Positions 29,252-42,376 of a stretch of 64,000 bases of DNA are shown here, piece by piece (position 1 is the first letter of the stretch; each line of letters opens with the position of its first letter). Location of the stretch: positions 544,001-608,000 of the forward strand of contig CAVZMH010000016.1 in the NCBI GenBank assembly GCA_963776345.1, written 5' to 3'. The position numbers were made by a program, and so were the translations under genes. This stretch comes from an uncultured delta proteobacterium. Its GTDB lineage: Bacteria; Myxococcota; Myxococcia; Myxococcales; Myxococcaceae. A model generated the notes under the pieces. That model saw nothing but the letters and a program-made list of their open reading frames with translations, was not told where the DNA came from and made no database searches.

Positions 29252-31753
29252 ATGGCGCTCTCGCCGTTGCCCATCGACCCCCTCCTCCCGTCGGTGGTGG
29301 AGGCGGTGAAGACCCGCGGCGCGCTGGTGCTCCAGGCCGCGCCCGGCGCCGGGAAGACCACCCGCGTCCCCCGCGCGCTCCTCGACGCGGCGGCGTTCGA
29401 CGGCGAGCTGTGGGTCCTCGAGCCGCGCAGGCTCGCCACCCGCCTCGCCGCGGCCCGGGTGGCCGAGGAGCTGGGAGAGCCGCCCGGCCGGCGCATCGGC
29501 TACCAGATCCGGTTCGAGGAGGTGGCCTCGCCCGCGACGCGGGTGCGCTTCGTCACCGAGGGCATCCTCACCCGCCGGCTCCTGTCCGACCCGGAGCTGC
29601 GCGGCATCGGCGCGGTGGTCCTCGACGAGTTCCACGAGCGGCACCTCCCGACCGACCTGGGCCTGGCGTTGCTCCGGCGGCTGCGCGAGCGGCGCCCCGG
29701 CCTCCGGGTGGTCGTCATGTCCGCGACCTTCGACCCAGGGCCGGTGGCGCGCTTCCTCGGCGACGCGCCGGTGCTCACCTCCGAGGGCCGGGTCTTCCCG
29801 GTGGACATCGAGCACCTCCCGGCCGCCGACAGCCGCCCGCTCGAGGCCCAGGTGCTCGCCGGCCTGAAGCGCCTCGCCCCGCGGCTCACGGACGGGCACG
29901 TGCTGGTCTTCCTACCCGGAGCGGCGGAGATCCGCCGGGCCCAGGAGGCCTGCGCCGAGTACGCAGAGCGCCACGGGCTCCGCATCCTCCCGCTCCACGG
30001 TGACCTCCCGGCGGACGCGCAGGACCGGGCGGTGCGCCCATCGAGGGAGCGGAAGCTCATCCTCTCCACCAACGTCGCCGAGACCTCGGTCACGGTCGAC
30101 GGCGTCGCCGCGGTCATCGACTCGGGCCTCGCCCGCGTGGCCACCCACTCGCCCTGGAGCGGCCTGCCGTCGCTGCGGGTCCAGCCCATCAGCCGGGCGA
30201 GCGCGGCACAGCGGGCCGGCCGCGCCGGGCGCACCCGCGCGGGCGTCTGTCTCCGCCTCTACACGCAAGGGGACCTCGAGCGCCGGCCCGAGCGCGACGC
30301 GCCGGAGATCTCCCGCGCCGACCTCGCCGAGACGGTGCTCGCCCTCGCCGCGGCCGGCGTCCCGGACCCGCGGTCGTTCGGCTGGTTCGAGCCGCCTCCC
30401 TCCGCCTCGCTCGAGGCGGCCGAGGAGCTCCTCTCCCAGCTCGGCGCCCACGCGCCCGACGGGACGCTCACCGCTCTCGGACGCCGGCTCCTCTCCTTCC
30501 CGGTCCACCCTCGCCTCGGCCGCATCCTGGTGGAGGGCGAGCGGCGCGGCGTCGCCCCGGAGGCGGCCCGGGCGGCGGCGGTCCTCTCCGAGCGCCCGTC
30601 GCGCCCTGCCCCGCTCGGCGACGCGCGGCGCACCGGCCCCACCCTCAGTGGCCGCTCGGATGTGCTGGAGCAGATGGAGGCGCTCGGCTCGGGCGAGCGG
30701 GTGCGGAGCGGAGCCGGACAGGCCGTGGAGCGCACCGCCCGTCAGCTCGCGCGCGCGGTGCACGGGAAGCACCGCGCCGCGCCAGCCGAGCGGGAGGACG
30801 CGCTGCTCATCGCGCTGCTCGCCGGGTTCCCCGATCGGGTCGCACGTCGACGCCGCCCGCATGCGCCGGACCTCGTCCTCTCCGGAGGCGGCAGCGCCGT
30901 GCTCGACCCGGTGAGCGTGGTGCAGGAGCCGATGCTCCTCCTCGCCCTCGACGCCGAGCAGCGCACCGGCCCCCGCGGTCCAGAGGTGCGGGTGCGCGTG
31001 GCCAGCGCCCTCGAGCCCGAGTGGCTCCTCGACCTCTTCCCCGAGCGGCTCACCGACGAGGACCGCCTCGTCTTCTCCGACGACTCGGGCCGGGTGGAGC
31101 GGCTGACACGGCTGGCGTACGGCGCGGTCACCCTCGAGGAGCGGCGCACGCCGGCCGAGCCGTCGGAGCAGGTCGAGGCGGTGCTGGCCGAGGCCATCCG
31201 GGCGCGCGGGCTCGGCAACGCGGTCGACACCGAGCGGCTCGACGCGCTCCGGGCGCGGCTGGCCCTGGCCCGCACGCTGTTCCCCGAGCAGCACTGGCCC
31301 GAGCTCGACGAGGCCGGTCTCGCCTCGGTGCTGGCCCGGGGCCGGAGGAGCCTGGCCGAGGTCCGCGAGGCAGACCCCGCGGCGGAGCTGCTGGGCGCGC
31401 TCTCGCCCGAGGCGGCCCGCCTCCTCGCCCGCGAGCTCCCCGAGCGGGTGGCGCTCCCCGGCGGTCGCTCGGTCCAGGTCCACTACGTCTCCGGCCAGCC
31501 GCCGTGGATCGCCTCGCGCCTCCAGGACTTCTTCGGGCTACAGGACGGGCCCTCGCTGGCCCGCGGACGGGTGCCGCTGGTCCTGCACCTGCTCGCACCC
31601 AACCAGCGGGCGGTCCAGGTGACCCAGGACCTCGCCGGATTCTGGAGCCGCCACTACCCTTCCCTCCGGCGCGAGCTGGGACGCCGCTACCCTCGGCACG
31701 CCTGGCCGGAGGACCCCCTCCGCGCCTCGCCCCCGGCGCCGCGGCGCGGATGA
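29252..31753 (+). CDS. hrpB: ATP-dependent helicase HrpB
   Basis: APGAGKTT, DEFHER, MSAT, STNVAETS, QRAGRAGR, C-terminal YPRHAWP. Confidence 0.95.
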   Translation: MALSPLPIDPLLPSVVEAVKTRGALVLQAAPGAGKTTRVPRALLDAAAFDGELWVLEPRRLATRLAAARVAEELGEPPGRRIGYQIRFEEVASPATRVRFVTEGILTRRLLSDPELRGIGAVVLDEFHERHLPTDLGLALLRRLRERRPGLRVVVMSATFDPGPVARFLGDAPVLTSEGRVFPVDIEHLPAADSRPLEAQVLAGLKRLAPRLTDGHVLVFLPGAAEIRRAQEACAEYAERHGLRILPLHGDLPADAQDRAVRPSRERKLILSTNVAETSVTVDGVAAVIDSGLARVATHSPWSGLPSLRVQPISRASAAQRAGRAGRTRAGVCLRLYTQGDLERRPERDAPEISRADLAETVLALAAAGVPDPRSFGWFEPPPSASLEAAEELLSQLGAHAPDGTLTALGRRLLSFPVHPRLGRILVEGERRGVAPEAARAAAVLSERPSRPAPLGDARRTGPTLSGRSDVLEQMEALGSGERVRSGAGQAVERTARQLARAVHGKHRAAPAEREDALLIALLAGFPDRVARRRRPHAPDLVLSGGGSAVLDPVSVVQEPMLLLALDAEQRTGPRGPEVRVRVASALEPEWLLDLFPERLTDEDRLVFSDDSGRVERLTRLAYGAVTLEERRTPAEPSEQVEAVLAEAIRARGLGNAVDTERLDALRARLALARTLFPEQHWPELDEAGLASVLARGRRSLAEVREADPAAELLGALSPEAARLLARELPERVALPGGRSVQVHYVSGQPPWIASRLQDFFGLQDGPSLARGRVPLVLHLLAPNQRAVQVTQDLAGFWSRHYPSLRRELGRRYPRHAWPEDPLRASPPAPRRG

Positions 31754-31829
31754 GGAGAGGACCGCCGATGCGCACTGGCGACCGTCGTCGCGGGATGTTA
31801 CTGCCCGGCACCTTGCACCGGGACCCCCG

Positions 31830-33080
31830 ATGACCCGCCGCGTCCTCCTCGCCTCGCTCAACGCCGGGGGCGGCCATCACGCGCTGCGCGACTCGTTCGC
31901 CGCGGCGCTCGCCCGCGTGGAGCCGGAGCACCAGCCTCTGCGGCCCGTCGTCTGGAATTCCGCGGATCGCTTCATCGACTGGTTCTACTCGATGTGCGTG
32001 CGCTTCCTCCCGCGGTTCCAGGGAAAGATCGTCGAGCTGAGCAGCAAGCCCTGGGCGCTGAGGACCGCGATGGCGCTCAGTCCACAGCTGCACACCGAGG
32101 GGACCGCGCTCCTCCGGGCGCAGCCGTACGACTTGCTGGTCACCACGCACCCGATGCAGTCCATCATGTTCGCCCGCGTTCGCCGCGCGCTCGGGCTGGG
32201 CACGCCGCTGGTCATCGCGGTGCCGGACTACGGCGTCCCGGCCTCCGGATACTACCCGCCGCTTCCCGAGTTCCGTGCCGACGCGCTCATCGTCATGGAG
32301 GAGAGCACGCTCGAGCACTACCGCTCGCTCGGCCTCCCCGAGGACCGGCTGCACCTCTCCGGGTTCCTCACCCGCGAGCCATTCGTCCGGGTCGGCGCCC
32401 GGGTTCGCGCCGAGGGAAAGGACACCGCGCGCGCCACGCTCCGGGCCGAGGTGGTCGCTGCGCACCCCGAGTTCGCGGAGTTCCAGCTCCAGCGCCCCAC
32501 GCTCCTCTTCCTCGGCGGCTCGGGCTGGACCTACAAGACCGAGCCGGTGCTGGACGGCGTGCTCGCCGACCCCGCGCTGCGCGACGCGGCGAACGTGGTG
32601 GTCGTGGCCGGACGTGACCGGGCCTTCGAGACGCGGCTCCGCGCGCGTCCCCGCGAGGGCCTGCACGTCTTCGGCTTCGTCGCGCCCGAGGTCCTCGCGG
32701 CGCTGATGGGCCTGGCCGACGTGCCGGTGCTCGGGAGCCTCGCCCCGGCCACCCTTCAGGAACTGCTCGAGGTCGGGCTCGGTCCGCTGCTCCTCTTCCA
32801 CTTCATCCCCGGGAGCGAGCGGGCACACGTGGGCTACATCGAGAGCCAGCGGCTGGGCGTCTACGCGCCTCGCCCCGAGGACATGCTCCGGAGCATCCGC
32901 GAGCTGCTGGGGCTCGAGCCCGCGTCCGGGCAGCTCGCGCTCGCCCGGGACGGGTTCCGCGAGCGCGCGCGGCTCCTCCGCTCCCGCAGCGTGGAGCGGG
33001 CGCTCCAGCTGCCGCGCTTCCTCGAGCGGTTGATGGAGACCCCGCGGGTCACCCGCGGCGGAGCGCGCGCCGTCGGCTGA
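31830..33080 (+). CDS. MGDG-synthase/UgtP-like GT-B glycosyltransferase
   Basis: AGGGHH, VTTHP, VPDY, LFLGGSG, IPGSERAH. Confidence 0.72.
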   Translation: MTRRVLLASLNAGGGHHALRDSFAAALARVEPEHQPLRPVVWNSADRFIDWFYSMCVRFLPRFQGKIVELSSKPWALRTAMALSPQLHTEGTALLRAQPYDLLVTTHPMQSIMFARVRRALGLGTPLVIAVPDYGVPASGYYPPLPEFRADALIVMEESTLEHYRSLGLPEDRLHLSGFLTREPFVRVGARVRAEGKDTARATLRAEVVAAHPEFAEFQLQRPTLLFLGGSGWTYKTEPVLDGVLADPALRDAANVVVVAGRDRAFETRLRARPREGLHVFGFVAPEVLAALMGLADVPVLGSLAPATLQELLEVGLGPLLLFHFIPGSERAHVGYIESQRLGVYAPRPEDMLRSIRELLGLEPASGQLALARDGFRERARLLRSRSVERALQLPRFLERLMETPRVTRGGARAVG

Positions 33081-33098
33081 CGACAGCCGCCGCCAGGC

Positions 33099-33569
33099 TC
33101 AGAGACGCTTGCGGGCCTCGACGTGATCGATGCCCGCCTCCTCGAACACCGGGCCCACCGGCCGGTACCCGTGCCGCTCGTAGAACCCGAGCGCGTACAG
33201 CTGCGCGTGGACCATGATCCCGGCCAGGCCCCTCCGGCGCGCCTCGGTCTCCAGCGCGTTCAGGAGCAGGGTACCGACGCCGTGCTCGCGGTTGGACTGG
33301 AGCACCGCCATCCGGCCCACCTGCCCCCACGCTCCCGTCTCGCCCGCGGGAGGCGCGGGCAGCACGACCAGCCGCCCGGTGCCGATGGCGTGGCCCCCAG
33401 CGAAGGCGAGCACGTGGTAGGCGCGCGCGTCCTCGGCGTCCCGCTCGATCGTCTCGGGGACGTGCTGCTCCTCGATGAAGACGACCTCGCGGATGGCCAG
33501 CGCCTGGAGGAGCTCGGCCTCGTCCTTCACCTGGGCGATGACGAGCTTGGTGTCCGCAGAGGCCGTCAT
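33099..33569 (-). CDS. GNAT N-acetyltransferase (ElaA/YjcF-like)
   Basis: IREVVFIEEQ, GRMAV, HAQLYALGFYERHGY, FEEAGIDH. Confidence 0.88.
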   Translation of the reverse strand: MTASADTKLVIAQVKDEAELLQALAIREVVFIEEQHVPETIERDAEDARAYHVLAFAGGHAIGTGRLVVLPAPPAGETGAWGQVGRMAVLQSNREHGVGTLLLNALETEARRRGLAGIMVHAQLYALGFYERHGYRPVGPVFEEAGIDHVEARKRL

Positions 33570-33805
33570 TCCGGGCCGAAACCTACCGCATCCGACTGTC
33601 CTGCCAACACGACGGCCGCCAGCGGCGTGCGGCAGGCCCGGTGCGAAATGACCTGCGCACCCGGGCACCCCACCGCGCACGCCTGCGTGCCGCGCTGCGG
33701 GACCCGAGACCGCGCGTCCGGACGGTCGTCTCGCCGGGAGGATGGACCGTGCCGGCGCTTCACTGGGAAGCCGGGTCGGCACGAACCTTGTCTTGCGGGG
33801 AGCAC

Positions 33806-34576
33806 ATGCAGCCCGAGCGCGTCGACCCGACACCGACCGAACAGCCGCGAGCATCACCTCGCAAGCGCTTCGAGGAGCTGCTCCGGGCGCGGACCGACCG
33901 TCCGGTTCGCGAGGGGCCGGCGCCACCCCGCCGCCGGCCGACCGCGGCGCCCGCGCGCGGAGCCCGCTCCGGCGGCCCGGTTCCTGGGGGCTTCCGGGCA
34001 ACCGAGCTCCGGGCGAAGGCACGGCTGGGGATGGATGCCTCGGCCCGCCAGCGGCTCGACGATGGCGCGCTGGCGACGACGCAGGCGACGGCGCGGCTCG
34101 ACGCGCGGGCGGCCGAGCTGCTCCGCGCGTCGCTACGCACCGAGGAGGCAGCGCGCAGGGAGGACCGGGCGGCCTCCGGCCCTGGGGCCCGGACGACCCC
34201 GGAGCGCGCCGCCGAGGGACCCGCGCCGCCGCCCGGCGTCCAGACATCCCGGGTAGGCGGGAGCGGCGGAGCGGGCGCACTGCGCGGCGACCGGGTGGAA
34301 CGGGCGCTTGCGCTGGTGGAGCGCATCGAGCGCTTCGTCCGGAGCGGGCGGCCCTCGCTCGCGCTCACCCTGCGCGGTGGGCTCCCCGGTCGGCTCGAGC
34401 TCCAGCGCGTCGGCCCCGGCGCGATCTCGATCCGGCTCTCCTCGACCCGCCCGCCGTCGTCCGGCGAGCTGGGCGAGCTCCGTCAGGCGCTCGAGGCCCG
34501 CGGGCTCTCCGTCCGGAGCCTCGAGACGCGCCCCCTCACAGCTTCAGCAGGGGACGCTTGTTCTCCTTGTCCTTGA
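33806..34576 (+). CDS. Hypothetical protein; C-terminal domain loosely FliK/T3S4-like
   Basis: ATG at 33806 with GGGGAG RBS; disordered N-terminus; C-terminal [30 protein letters not shown]. Confidence 0.5.
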   Translation: MQPERVDPTPTEQPRASPRKRFEELLRARTDRPVREGPAPPRRRPTAAPARGARSGGPVPGGFRATELRAKARLGMDASARQRLDDGALATTQATARLDARAAELLRASLRTEEAARREDRAASGPGARTTPERAAEGPAPPPGVQTSRVGGSGGAGALRGDRVERALALVERIERFVRSGRPSLALTLRGGLPGRLELQRVGPGAISIRLSSTRPPSSGELGELRQALEARGLSVRSLETRPLTASAGDACSPCP

Positions 34577-34859
34577 ACTCCTCCGCCTCGGGGAGCGGGT
34601 CCTTCTTCACGGAGATGTTGGGCCACGACTTGGAGTAGGTGGCGTTGATCTCCTTGTACTCGGCCCACTTCTCGGGGAGGTCCGCCTCGGGGAAGATCGC
34701 CTTGGTCGGACACACCGGCTCGCAGGCGCCGCAGTCGATGCACTCGTCCGGGTGGATGACGAGGATGTTCTCCCCCTCGTAGAAGCAGTTGACGGGGCAG
34801 ACCTCCACGCAGTCGGTGTACTTGCACTTCACGCAAGGGTCGGCAACGACGTAAGCCAT
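34536..34859 (-). CDS. fdxA: 7Fe/8Fe ferredoxin
   Basis: [26 protein letters not shown]. Confidence 0.93.
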   Translation of the reverse strand: MAYVVADPCVKCKYTDCVEVCPVNCFYEGENILVIHPDECIDCGACEPVCPTKAIFPEADLPEKWAEYKEINATYSKSWPNISVKKDPLPEAEEFKDKENKRPLLKL

Positions 34860-34951
34860 GGCGGCGAATCTCCGCGGTGAGCGCTCGACTCGTGGGAGCG
34901 CGGAGCGGAACTGAGCGCATCCGCCTCCCCGGGGCAAGCAGGGAAAAGGGC

Positions 34952-36022
34952 CTACCTCCCGAGGAAACCTCTGGCTCGCATCAGCTCCGCGACGAGCACC
35001 GCGCCCTTCGCCGCGCCCATCTTGGTGTTGTGCGAGACGAGCACCAGCTTGACCCCGTTCTCCAGCACCGGGTCCTCGCGGAGCCGGCCCACGCTGGTGG
35101 CCATGCCGCCGTGGGTGTCGCGGTCGAGACGGGGCTGGGGCCGGTCCTGGGCCTCGAGCACCTCGATCCACCGGGGCGCGGACGAGGGGAGGTCGCGGGC
35201 CTCGGGGCTTCCCTCCCAGCCCCGGAGCGCGTCCCTCACCTCGTCGAGGCTGGCCGGACGGCCGAGGCCCACGGAGACCACCTCGGTGTGCCCGTCCCGG
35301 ACCGCGACCCGGGTGCAGGTGGCGGAGACCTTGAGCGCCAGCGGCTCGACCGAGGGCGCCCCGGACGTCCAGCGGCCGAGGATCTTCCGCGTCTCCGCCT
35401 CGACCTTGCCCTCCTCCTTGGCGATGTAGGGGATGACGTTGTCCAGCACGTCGAGGGCGGCGACGCCGGGCGAGCGGCCGGCCCCGGACACCGCCTGGAG
35501 TGAGGTCATCATCACCGAGCGGATGCCAAAGCGCTCGGCGAGCGGGGCCAGCACCACCGCGAGGCCCGTGGTGGTGCAGTTGGGGATGGGCGCCACCGAG
35601 CCTCGCCAGCCCCGGGCGCCCTGGGCGGCGAGGAGTCCCACGTGGCCGGCGTTGACCGGCGGGATCAGGAGCGGGACGTCCGGCTCCATCCGGAAGGTGC
35701 TGGCGGCGCTGATGACCGGGAGCTCGGCCGCGAGCCGCGGCTCGAGCTCGCGCGCCACGTCCGACTCCACCGCCGAGAAGACCAGGTCCACGCCGCGGGC
35801 CGGCTGGCCGGGATCCTGGAGGCGGAGCGCGGCGATCTCCGCAGGGATGGGCTCGGCGAGGAACCAGCCCCCGGCCACCGCCTCGTCGTAGCGCTTGCCG
35901 GCGTTGCGCGGCGAGGCGGCGATCGCGCCGATCTCGAACCACGGGTGGTCACGGAGCGCGGAGACGAACTGCTGACCGGCAACGCCGGTGGCGCCGACCA
36001 GCAGGGCGCGGAGCTTGGCCAT
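34952..36022 (-). CDS. asd: Aspartate-semialdehyde dehydrogenase (archaeal/fungal-like subtype)
   Basis: [38 protein letters not shown]. Confidence 0.92.
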   Translation of the reverse strand: MAKLRALLVGATGVAGQQFVSALRDHPWFEIGAIAASPRNAGKRYDEAVAGGWFLAEPIPAEIAALRLQDPGQPARGVDLVFSAVESDVARELEPRLAAELPVISAASTFRMEPDVPLLIPPVNAGHVGLLAAQGARGWRGSVAPIPNCTTTGLAVVLAPLAERFGIRSVMMTSLQAVSGAGRSPGVAALDVLDNVIPYIAKEEGKVEAETRKILGRWTSGAPSVEPLALKVSATCTRVAVRDGHTEVVSVGLGRPASLDEVRDALRGWEGSPEARDLPSSAPRWIEVLEAQDRPQPRLDRDTHGGMATSVGRLREDPVLENGVKLVLVSHNTKMGAAKGAVLVAELMRARGFLGR

Positions 36023-36041
36023 GGGAGTATCCTGCCATTCC

Positions 36042-36071
36042 TTGACCCGTACAGCGGCGGTGCCCTACAAA
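36042..36071 (+). promoter_or_regulatory. Putative sigma70 promoter for tRNA-Cys
   Basis: TTGACC-N18-TACAAA ending 12 nt before the tRNA. Confidence 0.5.
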
Positions 36072-36083
36072 CCACGCCTCTCC

Positions 36084-36155
36084 GGCGCCATCGCCAAGTG
36101 GTAAGGCAAGGGTCTGCAAAACCCTCATTCCCCGGTTCGAATCCGGGTGGCGCCT
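36084..36155 (+). tRNA. tRNA-Cys(GCA)
   Basis: GGCGCCA...TGGCGCC-T, anticodon loop CTGCAAA, no encoded CCA. Confidence 0.95.
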
Positions 36156-36168
36156 CTTCCCTTTCCTC

Positions 36169-37896
36169 GTGAGTCGGCAGAGCGGCCAAGCGGTAGCAGG
36201 GGTGCGGCTCCTCGCCCTCGCCCTGTCCGCATGCGCCGGCCCGCGCCCGGCGGCACCGCCACCGCCGCCCCCCCCGGTGGTGACCGTCACTCCGGCGTCC
36301 GAGACGCCCGATGCCGGACCGCCGCCGCTCGACGTTCCGCCGCCGCCGTCCTCACGCCGGCTGGACGTGCGGGCAGGCGAGCCCACCGTTCCGGTGCGGC
36401 TGATGGAGAACCGGCGCGAGGTGACCTTCGTCCCGCGCGGACGGGTGCGGCTCGTCCTGCCCGGGGCGCCGGAGAAGGTGGTCGAGGCTCCCCCGGGGAC
36501 TCCGCTGATCGTCCGCTGGATCGACGGCGCTGCGGCGGACCGGAGATTCCGCGTCCAGGTGTCCGAGCTCGCCTGGGCGGACAAGGAGGGGATCGCCGCC
36601 GAGCGCAGCACCTGGGAGGGCCGCGGGTTCCAGGTGCGGCTGGAGCAGCTCGGTCAGGTCTACGGCATCGTCGGGAAGATCCTCGACAACCGGAAGGTGC
36701 TGGTGCTCCTCGAGCCGGCGCTCGAGGCCAGGGAGGCGGCGGCACGCCAGGCGGAGCTCGTCCGCACCTGGGGCACGCGGACCACCCTCGCCGAGGAGGT
36801 GCGCACCCCGGCGCGGGTGCGCCTGCAGCTGGACATGGCGGACGGGCCGCCGCTCGGCACGAGCGACGGACCCATTCGCGCCGAGACGCCCGGCGGCGAG
36901 GGCTTCGAGGTCCGCTCGGTCGAGTTCGCCGTGGGCTACCCGAGCCACGGCTTCGAGACGCGGACCTACCGGGGCGGGCTGTCGTTCGCCGCCGACGCCG
37001 CGGGCACCATCGCAGTGGTGAACCTGGTCTCGCTCGAGGACCTGCTCCGCGGGCTGGTCCCCTCCGAGATCTTCTCCGCCGCGCCGGCGGAGGCGCTGAA
37101 GGCGCAGGCGGTCACCGCCCGGGGCGAGGTGCTCGCCAAGATCGGCACCCGCCACCTCGCCGATCCGTACCTGCTCTGCTCCGAGCAGCACTGCGCGGTT
37201 TACCGGGGCCGCTCCGGCGAGGCGCCGTCGACCAACGCCGCGGTGGAGGCCACCCGGGGCCTCGCCCTCTTCTCGACCGAGGGCCGCCTGGTGGACTCGG
37301 TCTACAGCGCCGTCTGCGGCGGCCATACCGAGGACAACGACGCGGTGTGGGGCGGCGTGGCGGACCCGGCCCTGCGCGGTCGACCCGACGTGCTCGAGCC
37401 GGTCGCCGGGATGCCCGACCCGCGCCTCGAGCCCGACCGGTTCCTCGCCTTCGACTTGCCCGCGGCCTGTCGCCGCGGCCGCTTCGCGCAGCCTTCGAGG
37501 TACCGCTGGGAGAAGCGGTTCACCGCTTCGCAGCTGGACACCCTCCTCGAGCCGCTCGGCGTCGGGTCGGTCCGCCGCCTCGAGCCGCTCGACCGCGGCG
37601 CCTCGGGCCGCGTGCGCCTGCTCCTCGTCTCCGGGACCCGCGGCGCGACCGAGCTCCGCGGCGAGCTGACCATCCGGAGGCAGCTGGGGATGCTCAACAG
37701 CGCCCTCTTCACCGTGGCCGAGGAGCGGGATACCCGGGGCAACCCGGTGGCGTTCGTCTTCCGGGGGGGCGGCTGGGGCCACGGGGTGGGCCTCTGTCAG
37801 ACCGGCGCGATCGGCCGGGCCGAGGCTGGACAGGACTACCGGGCGATCCTCCGGCATTATTTCAATGGCGCCGAGGTGGCGCGCATCTACGAGTAG
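36169..37896 (+). CDS. SpoIID/LytB-domain lipoprotein (lytic transglycosylase-like)
   Basis: LSA-C lipobox; LRGLVPSE, LKAQAVTAR, YSAVCGGHTE, GHGVGLCQTGA, ILRHYF. Confidence 0.88.
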   Translation: MSRQSGQAVAGVRLLALALSACAGPRPAAPPPPPPPVVTVTPASETPDAGPPPLDVPPPPSSRRLDVRAGEPTVPVRLMENRREVTFVPRGRVRLVLPGAPEKVVEAPPGTPLIVRWIDGAAADRRFRVQVSELAWADKEGIAAERSTWEGRGFQVRLEQLGQVYGIVGKILDNRKVLVLLEPALEAREAAARQAELVRTWGTRTTLAEEVRTPARVRLQLDMADGPPLGTSDGPIRAETPGGEGFEVRSVEFAVGYPSHGFETRTYRGGLSFAADAAGTIAVVNLVSLEDLLRGLVPSEIFSAAPAEALKAQAVTARGEVLAKIGTRHLADPYLLCSEQHCAVYRGRSGEAPSTNAAVEATRGLALFSTEGRLVDSVYSAVCGGHTEDNDAVWGGVADPALRGRPDVLEPVAGMPDPRLEPDRFLAFDLPAACRRGRFAQPSRYRWEKRFTASQLDTLLEPLGVGSVRRLEPLDRGASGRVRLLLVSGTRGATELRGELTIRRQLGMLNSALFTVAEERDTRGNPVAFVFRGGGWGHGVGLCQTGAIGRAEAGQDYRAILRHYFNGAEVARIYE

Positions 37897-38057
37897 GGCC
37901 GGACCCGGCCATTGGCCCAAGGACGCACGCCGCCCGTCCTGGCTGGAACAGCAGTCCCTTTCCGGGGTTATGTCAGGGCCACGGCGGTTGGTGGCGCAGG
38001 AGCCCCGGGGCGTCGGATAGGTCCGGGCCGCGGCTTCAAGTTATGTAGGACCGTCAC

Positions 38058-39293
38058 GTGAGCCTGCCCGGTGCCAGCCCCCGACGACGCCGCCGCCGTT
38101 CGGCGACGACCCCGCTCCTCGCGGTGCTCCTGGCGCTCCTGTTCCATGTCGGGGTCCTCGGACTGCTCCTGGTCGCGAATTACGTGTCGGTGAAATGGCC
38201 CGGCGGTGACCGGCCACGCCCCAGGCCGCAGGCGGTCACGCTCCGGAACATCGACCCACGCGCCTGGGCGAAGAACCGTGCGCTGGCTCGCGAGCAGGAG
38301 CGCCCCGAGGCGCAGCGCCGCGCCGAGGCGAAGAAGCCCGAGCCGAAGGCCGAGAAGAACCCCAGGGGCCAGGTGGTCGACGTCGCGCCGGGCAACGAGC
38401 AGGAGTCGCCCGATGCGAAGTACCTCGCCGAGAAGAACAACCGGGTCGAGAAGGAGAGCAAGGCCCGGGACCAGACCCCGTTCTACCGGAACGCGATGCC
38501 CCGGCAGACGGCGACCGAGGAGCGCAGGACCACCGGCAAGGACGACGCGGCCCAGCTGGTGGTCCAGGGGAACAACGGCACCGGCCAGGATGCGCGGCCC
38601 GCGCAGAAGGGCGGTGGCCAGCGTCCGGTGTTCGACGTGCCGACCATCAAGCAGCGCGACCAGATCGCCCTCAAGGAGCAGTCGAGCAACGGGCCCGGCG
38701 CGCGCGTCAGCAACCAGGGCGAGAGCGCACCGGTGCAGGGCAACGCCGCGAAGCTGCGGATCGACCCGGGCAAGCCGGGGGAGGAAGGCGACCAGGGCAG
38801 CAGCGGCAGGGTGGGCCTCCCCACCCTCTCGCAGCTGATGCCCAGCAGCGCCGCGCTGGACAAGATCATCGGCGCCGCGCCCAACGACCACCTCAAGGAC
38901 GTCGACCAGGGCGAGGGCACCTTCCTCAACACCCGCGAGTGGAAGTACGCGACGTTCTTCAACCGGGTGAAGCAGGCGGTGGGCCGCAACTGGGACCCCA
39001 ACGAGCCGCTCCGCCAGCGCGACCCGACCGGGGAGATCTACGGAGGCCGCGATCGTTACACCATCCTCGACATCACGCTCGGCGGCGACGGGCTGGTGAA
39101 GGACATCAAGGTGCAGCGCTCGAGCGGGGTGGACTTCCTCGACGAGGCGGCCATCGTCAGCTTCCGGCGGGCCCAGCCGTTCCCCAACCCGCCGCCGGGC
39201 CTGATGAGCAAGGACGGCACGGTCACCTTCCCCTTCGGGTTCTACCTCGAGACCGGCGGCCGCCCGCTGATGCGGATCTTCCGGAACAACTGA
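38058..39293 (+). CDS. TonB-family protein (N-terminal TM, TonB-C domain)
   Basis: TM with ALLFHVG; C-terminal VQRSSGVDFLDEAAIVSFRRAQPFPNPP. Confidence 0.85.
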   Translation: MSLPGASPRRRRRRSATTPLLAVLLALLFHVGVLGLLLVANYVSVKWPGGDRPRPRPQAVTLRNIDPRAWAKNRALAREQERPEAQRRAEAKKPEPKAEKNPRGQVVDVAPGNEQESPDAKYLAEKNNRVEKESKARDQTPFYRNAMPRQTATEERRTTGKDDAAQLVVQGNNGTGQDARPAQKGGGQRPVFDVPTIKQRDQIALKEQSSNGPGARVSNQGESAPVQGNAAKLRIDPGKPGEEGDQGSSGRVGLPTLSQLMPSSAALDKIIGAAPNDHLKDVDQGEGTFLNTREWKYATFFNRVKQAVGRNWDPNEPLRQRDPTGEIYGGRDRYTILDITLGGDGLVKDIKVQRSSGVDFLDEAAIVSFRRAQPFPNPPPGLMSKDGTVTFPFGFYLETGGRPLMRIFRNN

Positions 39294-39347
39294 GCCTGCC
39301 GCGGGCGCCGGAGCGGGCCGACGGCCGAATGCAGCGGCCGGCCTCTT

Positions 39348-42221
<2,874 letters not shown>

Positions 42222-42376
42222 CGAGGCGTGAATTCCTGGCGGGAGGGCGGCCGTGCCGGCGCCTCCGACGGTCGTGAGAAGCGCCCGGTTTAACAGGCCC
42301 GGGCCACGCTGGCTCGCGTCGACTTCGAAGCGCCCCTTTTCGCCCCCATTCCCCCGGGGCGGGGGTGCCCCCGGCC

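Noticed and set aside
25021..29496. 1027-aa (+) and 1022-aa (-) ORFs
   Set aside because: Only their 3' ends are protein-like (HAD and DsrE-like genes); the remainder overlaps real genes in other frames.
33776..33792. Sigma54-like CGGCACGAACCTTGT upstream of ORF 33806
   Set aside because: The -12 reads GT rather than GC, and the implied TSS would fall about 3 nt before the ATG, excluding the RBS.
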